Below, piece after piece: positions 25,156 through 37,748 of a DNA stretch of 64,000 bases. The stretch covers positions 4,402,001-4,466,000 of the forward strand of contig NC_043009.1 of assembly GCF_006345805.1 (NCBI RefSeq), read 5' to 3'. Position 1 is the first letter of the stretch. Each line of letters starts with the position of its first letter. The notes beneath the pieces were generated by a model. That model made no database searches. It saw nothing but the letters and a program-made list of their open reading frames with translations, and was not told where the DNA came from. Made by a program: the position numbers and the translations under genes. Origin of the DNA: Octopus sinensis. Lineage: Eukaryota.

Positions 25156-25759
25156 GACAGAGAGAGACAATTAATGTGGTGACATATCATATAATTACAT
25201 ATAAAGTCAAAAGGAAGTTATCAAAGAAAACAATATATAAACGTAGACAGAAATTATCTTCTTCATAGAGGCTCATATATTCACCATAAGCGCACATAGA
25301 AATATACCAAGCACACAGACATACTCATTTCCTGCCTCACACGTACCTACGTTTTTATTCTCTCACACTTACTCTAAAACGAAAAGCAGAATTACAATTA
25401 CACTTCAGATAGACACATGTTCAGAAGCACACTAAGAAAATCTGTACATCTGGGTGGAGCTCACATGAGTGGATATTCAAAGAGCATAATAGTATAGAGG
25501 AATAAGAGATAGGGTGGGGAATGTCATATTTAGAATATTACAGCATAACAGCGTGTACCTAGTAGCGGGGGTTTGTGCCATCTACTCTCTACGACTGACA
25601 TTTGCGAAACTTTTTGAACATTCTTAATAGGGTTGTTTCTTAGATAACTGACAACATGTGTTCTTGGAAACTAACGCATAATAGTAGCACAGCTGTAACA
25701 GAGGGGACGTTTCATCATTTATGTGTACGGTCGTTTTGCTAGAAATAGGAAGTATATAT

Positions 25760-25901
25760 ATTTCTTTATTGTCCACAAGGGGCTTAACATAGAGGGGACA
25801 AACAAGGACAGACAAAGGGATTAATTTGATTACATCAACCCAAGTGCGAAACTGGTACTTAATTTATCGACCCCGAAATGATGAAAGGCAAAGTCAACCT
25901 C
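25760..25901 (-). mobile_element. SINE family B (tail type 1), 5'-truncated, with 16-bp target-site duplication
   Basis: aataggaagtatatat at both 25744-25759 and 25902-25917 flanks the rc of the family B 3' half. Confidence 0.9.
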
Positions 25902-26565
25902 AATAGGAAGTATATATCCTTCAGATCACTTTCCATTGTTTTAATAATTGGTGTAGGCCACATTACCTAAAACTCCTAGAAATCGCCTTCAATACGAATG
26001 GTGGTCATAGATGAGATTCATATAAATCATAGATATGCTCAATTGCAGTTGACTTTAGGTTAAAGAGAAGAACAAGGGTTGTAGCAACAGAATAACTTAA
26101 ATATCAACAACAGCGGAATGAACGGCAAGATGCCGATGGGCCGCTTGTGGGCCGTCGCCAATTCTGGAGGGAAATTTCCCTCCAATCACTCACTATAGAT
26201 TTATACCAAGTGAAAGATATATTAGATAACGTAATTCTAGATATGCTCCATTGTATATGAGAGGGTCATGGCTAGAAAGCCTTTATTCATTGGCCTACCC
26301 TGTGTAAGTAGACCTATGAATGATTCCGTTGATAGGTAGACCTATGATTATTTTGTTAATAATAACAGCAATAATAATAATAATAATATCACAAGTCACA
26401 GTGGTCTAGCAAAAGCCATAGGCAACAGACTCTATAGCCGAAGCAATCCGATAAAAACTAATTAAAATAAAGAACAAAAACAAAGCAATATTAAAAGCAC
26501 GTATGCATGCAGGCGTTATAACATATCTTTGAGTGAAGGCGTAACGTAAATATACTTAAAACATC

Positions 26566-26609
<44 letters not shown>

Positions 26610-27337
26610 TTTGTGTATAAGGATGTATGTATGGAGAGTAGTTCCTAGCAAATGTGTTAATAATTTTTGAAGTATACAAGAATAAATATATAACAGAATT
26701 CAAAGAGTATTCGTGACTTTAGAAATATTCCTTTAATGTTTCTCATTCCCACCATCTCACTTTATCACCTCCACTATAGCATACTTATCCTCTCACCCCT
26801 TCGTACTCATTTTATCTCTTTCTCTTCTCCTTATATGTACACGTGTGTGTGTGTGTCTCTCTCTTTGGTAATGTATCTACATTATAAGTCACATATTTTC
26901 TCACATCAAACACGTATCTTTGTCAACATATATGCATACAAATGTATCTTTAAAGAAAAACACACATATATGTGCATATCTATGTGTGTGTGTGGGTGTG
27001 TGTATAGTCATTGCATACACATTGTGTGTATATACATTGCATACACGTATGTATAATTATGCTCTTCCCAATCAGACTCACAGCTATATTTCACGTACGT
27101 ACATATATCACAACGGTTTCAAAGTGATAATAATGTGGTTTTAATAAAATAAAAATTTTGTTCTTCATGTGTTTGGAACCTCTGAGTATCTTTATGAAAA
27201 ATTACAAATGAATTGATGCAGAGAAGTTATGCACACATATATACACGAATCTCTGTGTATGTGTGTCTGTATGTTGTTTACGATTTTGAGAAAATGCGAA
27301 CTACATGACGTAGAATAGAATTATATATGAGTACACA

Positions 27338-27382
<45 letters not shown>

Positions 27383-27560
27383 TACACACACGCATACACA
27401 CACGCATACACACACATACTCTCGCACATACATATTCAGCTGTTATTAGCAGTTACTTTACGAGTTATGGCGTTTAATCAATCAGACGGCAAGTTCCGTC
27501 TGACAGATCGATCTATGACGAAAGACAAAGTAACGGCAAACGGTATAACCCGCCATATGT

Positions 27561-27594
<34 letters not shown>

Positions 27595-28305
27595 TGTGAG
27601 AGAGAGAGATAGTGTGTGTGATAATGTAATTCCCTTCTGAATTAGTGGCACAAAATTAAACGCATTTCAGTAACAACCATCCCAAATTTTATGCTGGTAC
27701 TTTGTACCATGTAATACACCATCCGATATCTCAATATTTAAAACGACAAGGAGTAAATTTAAGAAAACTTGGCTGCTGCTTCTAGTAAGATGTGTAATCA
27801 CAATTAGATTCTCTCTTTAACTAATACTGTGTATAGATGGCCATGACGGAAACATTACTATAACGAGTTAATATGATGTTCAGATATATAAGCGTTAAAC
27901 TTTTTCCCCTATTTTCAATCTCCTTCTATACAATATATATGTATTATCTAACGTAACGGCAATGAATTATAGTGCTTCAATCTCACTTTATGTCTAACTA
28001 TATGGCACTCTCCATCCCTTTATCTCTTCTGACTCAATCTATATCTACTTTAGACATTTTTCTGTACATAATGGACTTGGTCTTGACACTTGGTTCGTCG
28101 TTGTAAGACATATTAACTTTGTGCGTTTCTCTCTCTAGAACCAAGCGCGCGATACGTCACTTTATATGTACACACATAAATGTATATGCATGTCTGAATA
28201 TATATTGCTAATTGTATATACATACATACAGACATATATACATACATACATACATAAACACATACTTACTGACATACACTCATTCATAGCCATATATACT
28301 CACAG

Positions 28306-28344
<39 letters not shown>

Positions 28345-28569
28345 AACATTTCACCTGAAAAGTCCAATTCCTTCAATAAGACCGTTCATAATTTCTGTTA
28401 CAGGAACACGATATACTCAGTATGATTAAGTAAAAGTAAGCTTTCCTGTGTGTGAGTGTGTGTGTGTATGTAAATGTGTGTGTGGTGTGTGTAATATGAA
28501 TGGATGACTATCTATCTATCTATTTATCTATCTATCCATCAATCTATCTATCTATATATCTATCTCTCT

Positions 28570-28623
<54 letters not shown>

Positions 28624-29509
28624 TTATGTGTATGTTCTGGTGTATACATGTATCTCCGTTCGTCCACCCACACAGAAATGAACTGTATCTATCGCTGTTA
28701 GATTTACGCTCAACAGGTTGTGTATTTAACATCTATATATGCCAATATGCTTTGGAAGCTACGCTAATAATATATTTAAACGACTATATTTCTCATATGC
28801 GTCTCCAAGAATCCAAAAGCAGATATACGTGGTTAGCAATAAAACTTCATATTTGTAAGCCAAGTAAATTATTAATATTAAAACAATGACAGCACCAAAT
28901 GCATTTATTTCGTACACAAAAGGCTGGATTTCCACATATACACGTTCATACGAGTGTTTGTTCGTACGAGTGTTTGTGTGTGTGAGGAGTGCGTATTTTA
29001 TAAAATGCATTAGCTTTTATAGAGAACAATACGAACAAATAGCTACCACAGTGTCTGCAACAGCACTACCGTGTAGAACATGGCCGTAATAAATAATGAT
29101 AATATTTTTTTTATTTTCTGCAGACATATATTATTCCAATAAATTGACACTTGTTCTACTTAAGACAAAATACATGCCAGTGTGAGCATGTATGTGTCTG
29201 TGTTTTGTGTATGCATATTCATATAATTATATTATATATATATATATGCTTGCATGTGTGTATTATTCACATATACATACAAATATTAATGCATTTTGGA
29301 TAAAAAAATTTTTTGTTCAGCTTATATACGAATTAATGTATATGTATAACTGCCTCTGTATGTCTGTTTTTATTGATCAACACACGTGTTTTAGCTTGAT
29401 TTTTGATCGTAATACACTTTTATTCGTGTTTGACATTACTTCATTACAGATATCTATTTCAAACATATTCAAGCACCATATTTGCATTTATAAGCCACCA
29501 ACTCTTCCC

Positions 29510-29582
<73 letters not shown>

Positions 29583-29962
29583 ATTATGCATATTCTCTGC
29601 ATTTAATACAAGATTAAACTTCAGAAATCGCAATTTTTGCTTCGTGCTGCAGTAATAATGTTATTTTAATATAGTCTAAAAGAATTGATAATCTTGTACT
29701 TAATAAAAAAGAATACGATTGTAAGATATTGAAATCTCCAATCAAGTTCAAGTAACATTAATTCACGAAACCTTATTCTATATGTTGTATGCTAATAATC
29801 CAGAATATATCTAGCAATATTCCAGAATACATATATATTTATGAACTATATTCTGGTGAACGTCGGATTACAATAGCATCATTGTAATGTTGTGTATGTA
29901 CATATACATATATATATATATATAGATATATATATATATATATCACATAGTACACATATATA

Positions 29963-29996
<34 letters not shown>

Positions 29997-29997
<1 letters not shown>

Positions 29998-30473
29998 CAT
30001 GCATGTATACATTTCAGTACATATCACATGCTCTAAAAACCGTCATCTCATTGCGTTCTATGTGTACGAGTGATCCTCATCAAATTGGTATAATACACAT
30101 ATCGATAAAATTACTGCAGAATTTTCCTCCCTTCTTTCTTTTAGCAGTTATGTGTGATCGAAGTGATCCGGAACATATGTGCCAATAGTCCGGCATCTTA
30201 CCTATTTCGTTATTCGGTTATATGTCAATTATCTCTCTGAGCACAACACTGTGCTGATTTTCCAAACACCTTGAAAAAGCTTTCTCTCTCTTCTTGCCTG
30301 ATGCTCTATGTCCAAATCCAATTTATTCCTCTTCTGCGCAGCTACGTGAGATTTCTTATAAGATATTATATAAAATATACACAAAGATAAAGACAATAGA
30401 ATAAAATACAACCAATATATTGGCTTTCTTGTGTTCTTACAAGCAAACTCATTCACATACACACTAGCATGCA

Positions 30474-30506
<33 letters not shown>

Positions 30507-30636
30507 ATATATAATATATATGCGCATAGGAACACATATGCACATATGCTTGTATGCACATGTATGTTTATGCATGTATGCGTGAGTGTATGAGTGTATA
30601 TTAAAAGTATATACACGCACACTTACATATATATGT

Positions 30637-30690
<54 letters not shown>

Positions 30691-30715
30691 ATATATATAC
30701 ACATACGTATACTAT

Positions 30716-30751
<36 letters not shown>

Positions 30752-31222
30752 CATGCGTATACATTTCAGTACATATCACATGCTCTAAAAACCGTCATCT
30801 CATTGCGTTCTATGTGTACGAGTGATCCTCATCAAATTGGTATAATACACATATCGATAAAATTACTGCAGAATTTTCCCTTTCTTTCTTTTAGCAGTTA
30901 TGTGTGAATCGAAGTGATCCGGAACATATGTGCCAATAGTCCGGCATCTTACCTATTTCGTTATTCGGTTATATGTCAATTATCTCTCTGAGCACAACAT
31001 CTGTGCTGATTTTCCAAACACCTTGAAAAAGCTTTCTCTCTCTTCTTGCCTGATGCTCTATGTCCAAATCCAATTTATTCCTCTTCTGCGCAGCTACGTG
31101 AGATTTCTTATAAGATATTATATAAAAATACACAAAGAGTAAAGACAAGAGAAAAATACAACCAATATATTGGCTTTCTTGTGTTCTTACAAGCAAACTC
31201 ATTCACATAACACTAGCAGCAT

Positions 31223-31254
<32 letters not shown>

Positions 31255-31398
31255 ATATATATTATATATAATATATATGCGCATAGGAACACATATGCAC
31301 ATATGCTTGTATGCACATGTATGTTTATGCATGTATGCGTGAGTGTATGAGTGTATATATAAAAGTATATACACGCACACTTAATATATATGTACACA
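29997..31398 (+). repeat. Direct tandem duplication, two ~645 bp units (29997-30640, 30751-31398) separated by (AT)n
   Basis: Near-identical non-repetitive sequence (tacatttcagtacatatcacatgctctaaaaaccg...gtatatacacgcacactta) occurs twice, about 750 bp apart. Confidence 0.95.
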
Positions 31399-31461
31399 CA
31401 TATATATTATACATATACACACATTATATAATACTGAAATATATATATAATATATATATGC

Positions 31462-31501
<40 letters not shown>

Positions 31502-31968
31502 GATATATATATATATACATGCATAACACACACATACACACGCACACACAACATACATACACTTTCACACATATCGTATATATATCCTCACATACTTATG
31601 GTTTGTAGGAAAAAAATATTTCCACAGATGCTGATCAATATATATCAATTGGAAAAGGAATTTTTGTCTTTATTATTTCTTGGATCGTTCAAATATGTAA
31701 AAAAGAAAAGATAAAAAAAAATTCAAAAAATACATTCGTTGATTGCAATTTTTTTATATTTATGTATTTTTGAATTCTATTATGTTTTTCTTATTACTTT
31801 GGTCGAATTGTTTTCACATATCATGAAGTTATTGTATGTTGTTGGTAATTTTTCTTATTGGCGGATCCCCCACACCCCCAAATCGATAAAATAACGTATC
31901 AATCATAGAACAGTAGTTCATGCTACTGACTGATCCCTTTCACGAAAATTTTAACCCTTGTATAACTA

Positions 31969-32110
31969 TTAGCTTGCTTCCCAACCACACGGTCCCGGGT
32001 TCAGTCCCACTGCGTGGCACCTTGGGCAAGTGTCTTCTACTGAAGTCTCGATGAGGCCGAACAAAGCTTTGTGAGTGGATTTGGTAGAAGGAAACTGAAA
32101 GAAGCCTATC
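31969..32110 (+). mobile_element. SINE family A, 5' (left) half only
   Basis: agcttgcttcccaaccacacggtcccgggttcagtcccactgcgtggcaccttgggcaagtgtcttc...gaaactgaaagaagcc; stops where the internal microsatellite normally starts. Confidence 0.88.
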
Positions 32111-32779
32111 ATTCATATTACACCCAGATTAGTCTCTACCATTTCTTCCCCACCCCGGGTCGATAAAATGAAGTATCCTTCAGCTAATTATTTATCGACT
32201 AAGCTTCTTCCCAAATTTTAGAACTTGAGTTGGTATTTGACAGAATTCATATTACTTAAGCTAGCAGAATCGTCATTTACTACGATTTCCACGATCTAGT
32301 TTCAAATCTCACCTGCACCGACTTTGTCGTTCTTCAATGCCAAGTCAACAATATAAGATACCATGCAAATATTTGGCATTTCCCAAACGCTAGAATATGA
32401 TTTTGAGATATTCTGCCGTGATGTCGTTCAAGCTGAACGATCACATTCAATTAATCATTGGCTCCTGTATCTATATATTTGTATGTTTTTGCTCAGATCA
32501 AGGTTGTCGAAGGATACATACGAACGACGGTATTCCGACTGTGACCATCCAAGATTTCTTTTTAGAGATGTATTTAAAACTACAATACCGTGCCCTATAT
32601 TGCTTGATATGAGGTGATTTTGCTGTTATTAAATGCAGAAAAGTCGGCCTTTGCAGCAGTGGTCTGTTTCGTGGATTTCATAACCTAAGCTAACTGTATC
32701 AATATGTTCGTGTTCGATACCCCGCTTCAACAATGATGATTTAATATTGACTGTTGTTCCACTGGTGTTACTGCAGTGT

Positions 32780-32780
<1 letters not shown>

Positions 32781-32836
<56 letters not shown>
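32781..32836. repeat. (AGT)n microsatellite
   Basis: Perfect array. Confidence 0.95.
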
Positions 32837-33344
32837 AACTTCTGATGAGTTTATAGGATTGACTGTCAAATTGGCTTCTGGAAATTAGTTACATTGCTTT
32901 TCCATTGTCCATTCCCTTAAAATTCACCCGGAATCAACTGTTGAATTTTGATATCGTGAAAATGCATAGCCGTCATAAAATAGGTTTCAAGACGTAAGGA
33001 TATTCTAGTATGTTCTATGGAATAACAGCTATTTAGTATACCCCATTATCTAAATCCACACTCGCAGATTGATAAATGCTGTGCACGAAACTGTCGACCT
33101 TAGAGAAACGTTGTAACTTTCATCTCATTATATACATGCATTCATACGTACATACATACATACATACATACATACATGCATACGTATGTGCATATATATA
33201 TAATATATATATATATATATGTATATAGACGCCCACACATAATCATTCATAAATAATAAATATATATATATATATTACATATACATATACATACATACAC
33301 ATACCCACACACACACACACATAATATATAATATATATATACAT

Positions 33345-33418
<74 letters not shown>

Positions 33419-33690
33419 TTTTCCATGTTGTTTTGCATCCGTCAATTTCTCTTTCTGATTCTCACTGCTTTCGCACTCTCTTCCTCTGTTTCCCCCCCAT
33501 CTCTCTCTCTCTCTTCTCTTTCTCTTTATTTATCGACACAGACATACTCCCACATATTGTTTCCTTCAACCTCTTTTACTGTGTATATATCTCTTTATAT
33601 ATTTCTATATCTCTCCCTGTCAATCCCACTCTAATAACGCGCTGTTCAGCTCATCTAATGTGTCTGTTTTATTTTCGTATTTCTTTTCAG

Positions 33691-33832
33691 CTGCCGGTTG
33701 CAAGTTCCCTGTTGACTGGCAAGGAGTTTGGTACATTAATGGCAGAGGCGAAATACGGATTGGCGCCACGAATATTAGCTACTTGGGAGAGTGTATTCAG
33801 GAAAAAGAATATAAATATAAACTGCACGACAA
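33691..33832 (+). CDS. Internal coding exon (142 nt, phase 1 in / phase 2 out) of a probable secreted or membrane protein; DUF7044-like N-terminal domain (DUF7042/7043/7044 family, tentative)
   Basis: Polypyrimidine tract ending ttcttttcag at 33690, CTAAT branch-point-like motif at 33655-33659, consensus donor AA|GTAAGT at 33833. The frame starting at 33693 is open: AGCKFPVDWQGVWYINGRGEIRIGATNISYLGECIQEKEYKYKLHD, with CxFPxxWxGxW, a second Cys and an N-I-S sequon. Family assignment is from memory of the motif, not a database search. Confidence 0.8.
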
Positions 33833-34049
33833 GTAAGTACTTTCATGAAATAATAAATACAAAAACATTAGTACAGATCTGCATGAGCGTGTGTATATAT
33901 ATATCCATGTGTGGGCATTTGTGCCGATGTATACACACACACACACATATATATATATATGTGTGTGTGTGTGTGTATGTATGTGTCTGTGAGTGTGTGC
34001 ATTTATACTTAAATATATATATATATGTACGCATAATTTCTGTAGTGTG

Positions 34050-34079
34050 ATATATGTGGTATATAAAATATGTTATATA

Positions 34080-34122
<43 letters not shown>

Positions 34123-34340
34123 TTATATATTATATATATATATAATATTATATATATATACACATGTATATATATATATACACATGTATATATATATATA
34201 TATACATTAATATATATATATGTATATATATATATCCATATATATTATATATACACATATATATATATATATACACATGCTAGATATAGGATATAATATA
34301 TATATATATATATACACATGTATAGATATATGAATATAAT

Positions 34341-34385
<45 letters not shown>

Positions 34386-34390
34386 TGCCT
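34050..34390. repeat. Long interrupted (AT)n array just downstream of the coding exon
   Basis: About 340 nt. Confidence 0.9.
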
Positions 34391-35143
34391 CTGTAGATAG
34401 ATAGATTTGTAGATAGATGTTATGGAAAAGAGAGGGAAAAAAGTTTGACAGAGATTACATGTACTGAATTCTCGCAGGGGTCAGATGACGGATATCGTGG
34501 ACATTCGATGCTGAGTGATTAGATAGAATGTGATGTAATGGACTTCAAACGTTCTCATACATTTCCACTGACAAAATGGCGATAATCAAATTCCATCTTG
34601 TTTAAGCCACTTCCGCTGCGTTTTTTCTTCTTCTTCCCGCACTGCTCTTACTTTCGTTTTTTTTTCTCTCCCTTCCTCTCTGTGTTATATTGGATATCAA
34701 ACAGAAAATGAAAATACGAAAAATATTACATGCCCTTTTTGTTTTATCTCAATCTGCTTCCAAATACAGAGTTACTCGCCAACCTCTTCCACTCTTCTAT
34801 TTACGAAAATGATAAGTAATTGAAACACGGAGAGTGTAACACTGTAAGCTTATCTGTACGTTCAGACTAAGGCACACATACTAAACTCTGTGCGTGAATG
34901 CTTGTGTGTGTTTGTGCGTGTGATGGATTCATGTATATTCGTATATGACGCTTTTGGACGGAAATACTGAAGTATGTTACTTTCTGTTTCATGATATATT
35001 TAGATAAGGATGGGAAAGAACTGTGGACAAATGAACAGGTGATCTTGCATCTTATACTTTCCTTCTCAGAATTTTCACAGAAATTATTTAATACGAATAT
35101 CCCTGCAATTATTTAGAGATATTGGTAGAGATACAGATGCACT

Positions 35144-35174
<31 letters not shown>

Positions 35175-36874
35175 AAACAATTGATGGCACTACACATAAA
35201 TATTGGATAGTGTATTTCGATACATAGAGAGTAGAGAATAAAGATACATCAAGATAATGGGTCTCTTTCATTTTCTCTCATTCTCTTTCTCTCTCTAACT
35301 CTTTACACACACACACACACCTACACACACAGATACACACACCTACACACACAGATACACATGCGTATGAATATATATTGTGTCTATCTGTGTGAATGTA
35401 TTGCATGTATGTATATTTACGTACGTATGTTTTGTCTGTATACATATTTGTATGTGTTATTGTGCTTGCGTGCGTGGCGTGTATAAAAATGAAACGAAAT
35501 CCTATCGATGTTTTCCTAATGGATAAATTAAAACGAAAGCAATTCGATTAAAGCAGGAACCAAGCTTGATCAATTCTATTTATACAGTTCAGTTAGTTGC
35601 AATAATTTCTGCATGTGATGGAAGAGAAAGAGAGAGACACACAAAAAAATATTTTTGAAAAAAATTCAATTCTCAAATAATATCTCGTACTATTTTATAT
35701 GCATGAACGATTGCTATCTTTGTAATAGTATTTCCAATAATGAATGCATCATAATCTATAAAGAAATAAAGAGATTTAAAAACAACATCCATCACAACGC
35801 ATGCACCCACACAAATATCGTACACATTTACACGCTTAGATGCCTATACAAAGGCATATGCGTATACATACAATTATTTTGGCAATTAGGCATGAAATTT
35901 TAGTATTACATTGTTGATAATAGAACCAAAAAATAAAAAAATAAATAAAGAAAACATGCTTCGGTTGATGTCTGTTTTTCCCTGTTTGTTAATGTAGTCG
36001 ATGTAACGGTGATCTAAATGATGTAGCTATCTCGATTTTAATATCTATCGCATGAGGAGTGAAAAAAAAAAATAATAGTGATGATTTCCAAATTTCCAAA
36101 TTAGAAACGAGGCCAAAGCTGTGGCTTGTATACGGCGACGGGGTTGAACAGTCGATGAAATTCACCTTAATACCCGACTAGCTTTTCAATATATATAGAA
36201 GCCGGAAGCATGAAATGTAACGGAGAATTTTGTGGCTAAATACTGCCAAATCATTTTTTCCTGGAAATTTCACACTCTGATAATAATAATAATATTAATA
36301 ATAATAATAATAATAATAATAAAAATATTGATAATATTGATAATAAGCAACAGATAAGCGTCCAGAACAATGTAGTGAGAAATAATTGAACAGAAGGATG
36401 TATTTCCTGTAGAGCGGATAAGGAGGTAATTTGAAGTCCAATGTTATATTTAAGCAGATACTTGTTAACAAAATGCTGCTGGATGATGCAGGGATTAATT
36501 ACAAAACCAGATTTGATTCTAGTGTCATTTACTTGGTTTATGAAAATGAAGTCCTTACGGTCACCTTAAATACAGTATTTGTTCCAACTGCTTAATTTTC
36601 AAAATTCTAATCTGAAATTTCAAGAACACAGTAATCTTCTATTTATTTCAACCGCTGCTCTTTAGACTTAAGTTGGCTAATAGTTTGGCATCTCACAAAT
36701 AGAAGTGATAAACGGTGTCACTCATCGTCTCTTTTCCAAGGATGACTTAAAATTGTGCACAGTATATATTTCCCGGATTCAGGATATTTACAACTAAGGA
36801 GTGCAAATATATGGATCATGAAATAAAGATGCTTGACAAATGGGACACACATGATTTTGAAATTCTAAGGAGAG

Positions 36875-37068
36875 AAATAATTCCAGGAGATGGATAATTC
36901 TGGTTTCAAGAAATATTTGGATTTATATATAGCAAAAAACAAACAAAAAAAAAACAGTTTCTTTGAGTGAAATAGTTCCAGGAGATGGATAATTCTGGTT
37001 TCAAAAAATATTTGGATTTATATATAGCAAAAAAAAAAAAAAAATACAAACAGTTTCTTTGAGTGAAA
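36875..37068 (+). repeat. Tandem duplication of a ~95 bp unit
   Basis: ttccaggagatggataattctggtttcaa...cagtttctttgagtgaaa starts at 36881 and again at 36976. Confidence 0.95.
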
Positions 37069-37350
37069 ATTATGCAAATGAGAAAGGAGAATAAAAGTAA
37101 TTGGAAACATCTGACATCTCTTGCAAGAATACTACGTGTCTTTAAATCGTTTGCAGAGCTTCAATAAAATATGGCTCCTGTACTTTTCAAAGCATGACTG
37201 TTGAAGATAATATCCATACCAAGGGAAGCGTATCATTTTCTCTTCCATAGCTCATATTTTGTATGTCAAATCTGCAAGCATCAATGTGATACAAACTAAC
37301 ATATTACACTGAAATTCTTGGTCATTGTCTCACACAGTTCGTTGTACTAT

Positions 37351-37748
37351 ATCTTTTATTTTGCTGTAGTTTCAGCTCAGAGCTGCGGCCGTGCTGATGC
37401 ACCGCCGTTTTGCTACACTATTATTGGAGCCTCCTCCAATATGTGACCCTTGGTGAAGAATGGAGTTTGATGTAGCAACCCTCATTTGCACCTTTTGCCG
37501 TGAGATAGGTTCATCTGGGACTCTCGACAGGAAGATGTCCAGCTTTGATTTAAAAACGCCTACATCTACTCTGTGCAAGTTCCTCAGGCTCTTTGGGAGA
37601 ATATTAACAAGCTGTGGGCCTCTGAAACCCAGGCTGTTGCAGTAGCTGGTCCTGAAGCGCGATGACGTTGCTGGGATCTTTGGCACTATGCAGTGCCGTC
37701 CCGTTCTGGCATTGGTGTAGCTTTCAATGCCAAAATTTGGCACAATTC
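37351..37748 (-). mobile_element. 5'-truncated CR1/L2-group LINE: C-terminus of ORF2 plus 3' tail
   Basis: The minus frame reads VPNFGIESYTNARTGRHCIVPK...YCNSLGFRGPQLVNILPKSLRNLHRVDVGVFKSKLDIFLSRVPDEP...ATSNSILHQ, matching the typical CR1-group ORF2 end (GPxLxNxLP..LRN...FKxKLDxFL..VPDEP...SNS); it is followed by a stem-loop and an A-rich tail. Confidence 0.88.

Noticed and set aside
26187-26198. actcactatag, matching the end of the T7 promoter
   Set aside because: Only an 11-nt partial match with no other vector sequence; chance.
27500-27530. ctgacagatcgatctatgacgaaagac as a hammerhead
   Set aside because: The core spacing is wrong and no G-C closed stem II precedes GAAA.
36412-36430. Possible 13-nt microexon (tgtag|agcggataaggag|gtaatt) as the next exon of the gene
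   Set aside because: Phase-compatible, but the pyrimidine tract is poor and such AG/GT pairs occur by chance at this scale.
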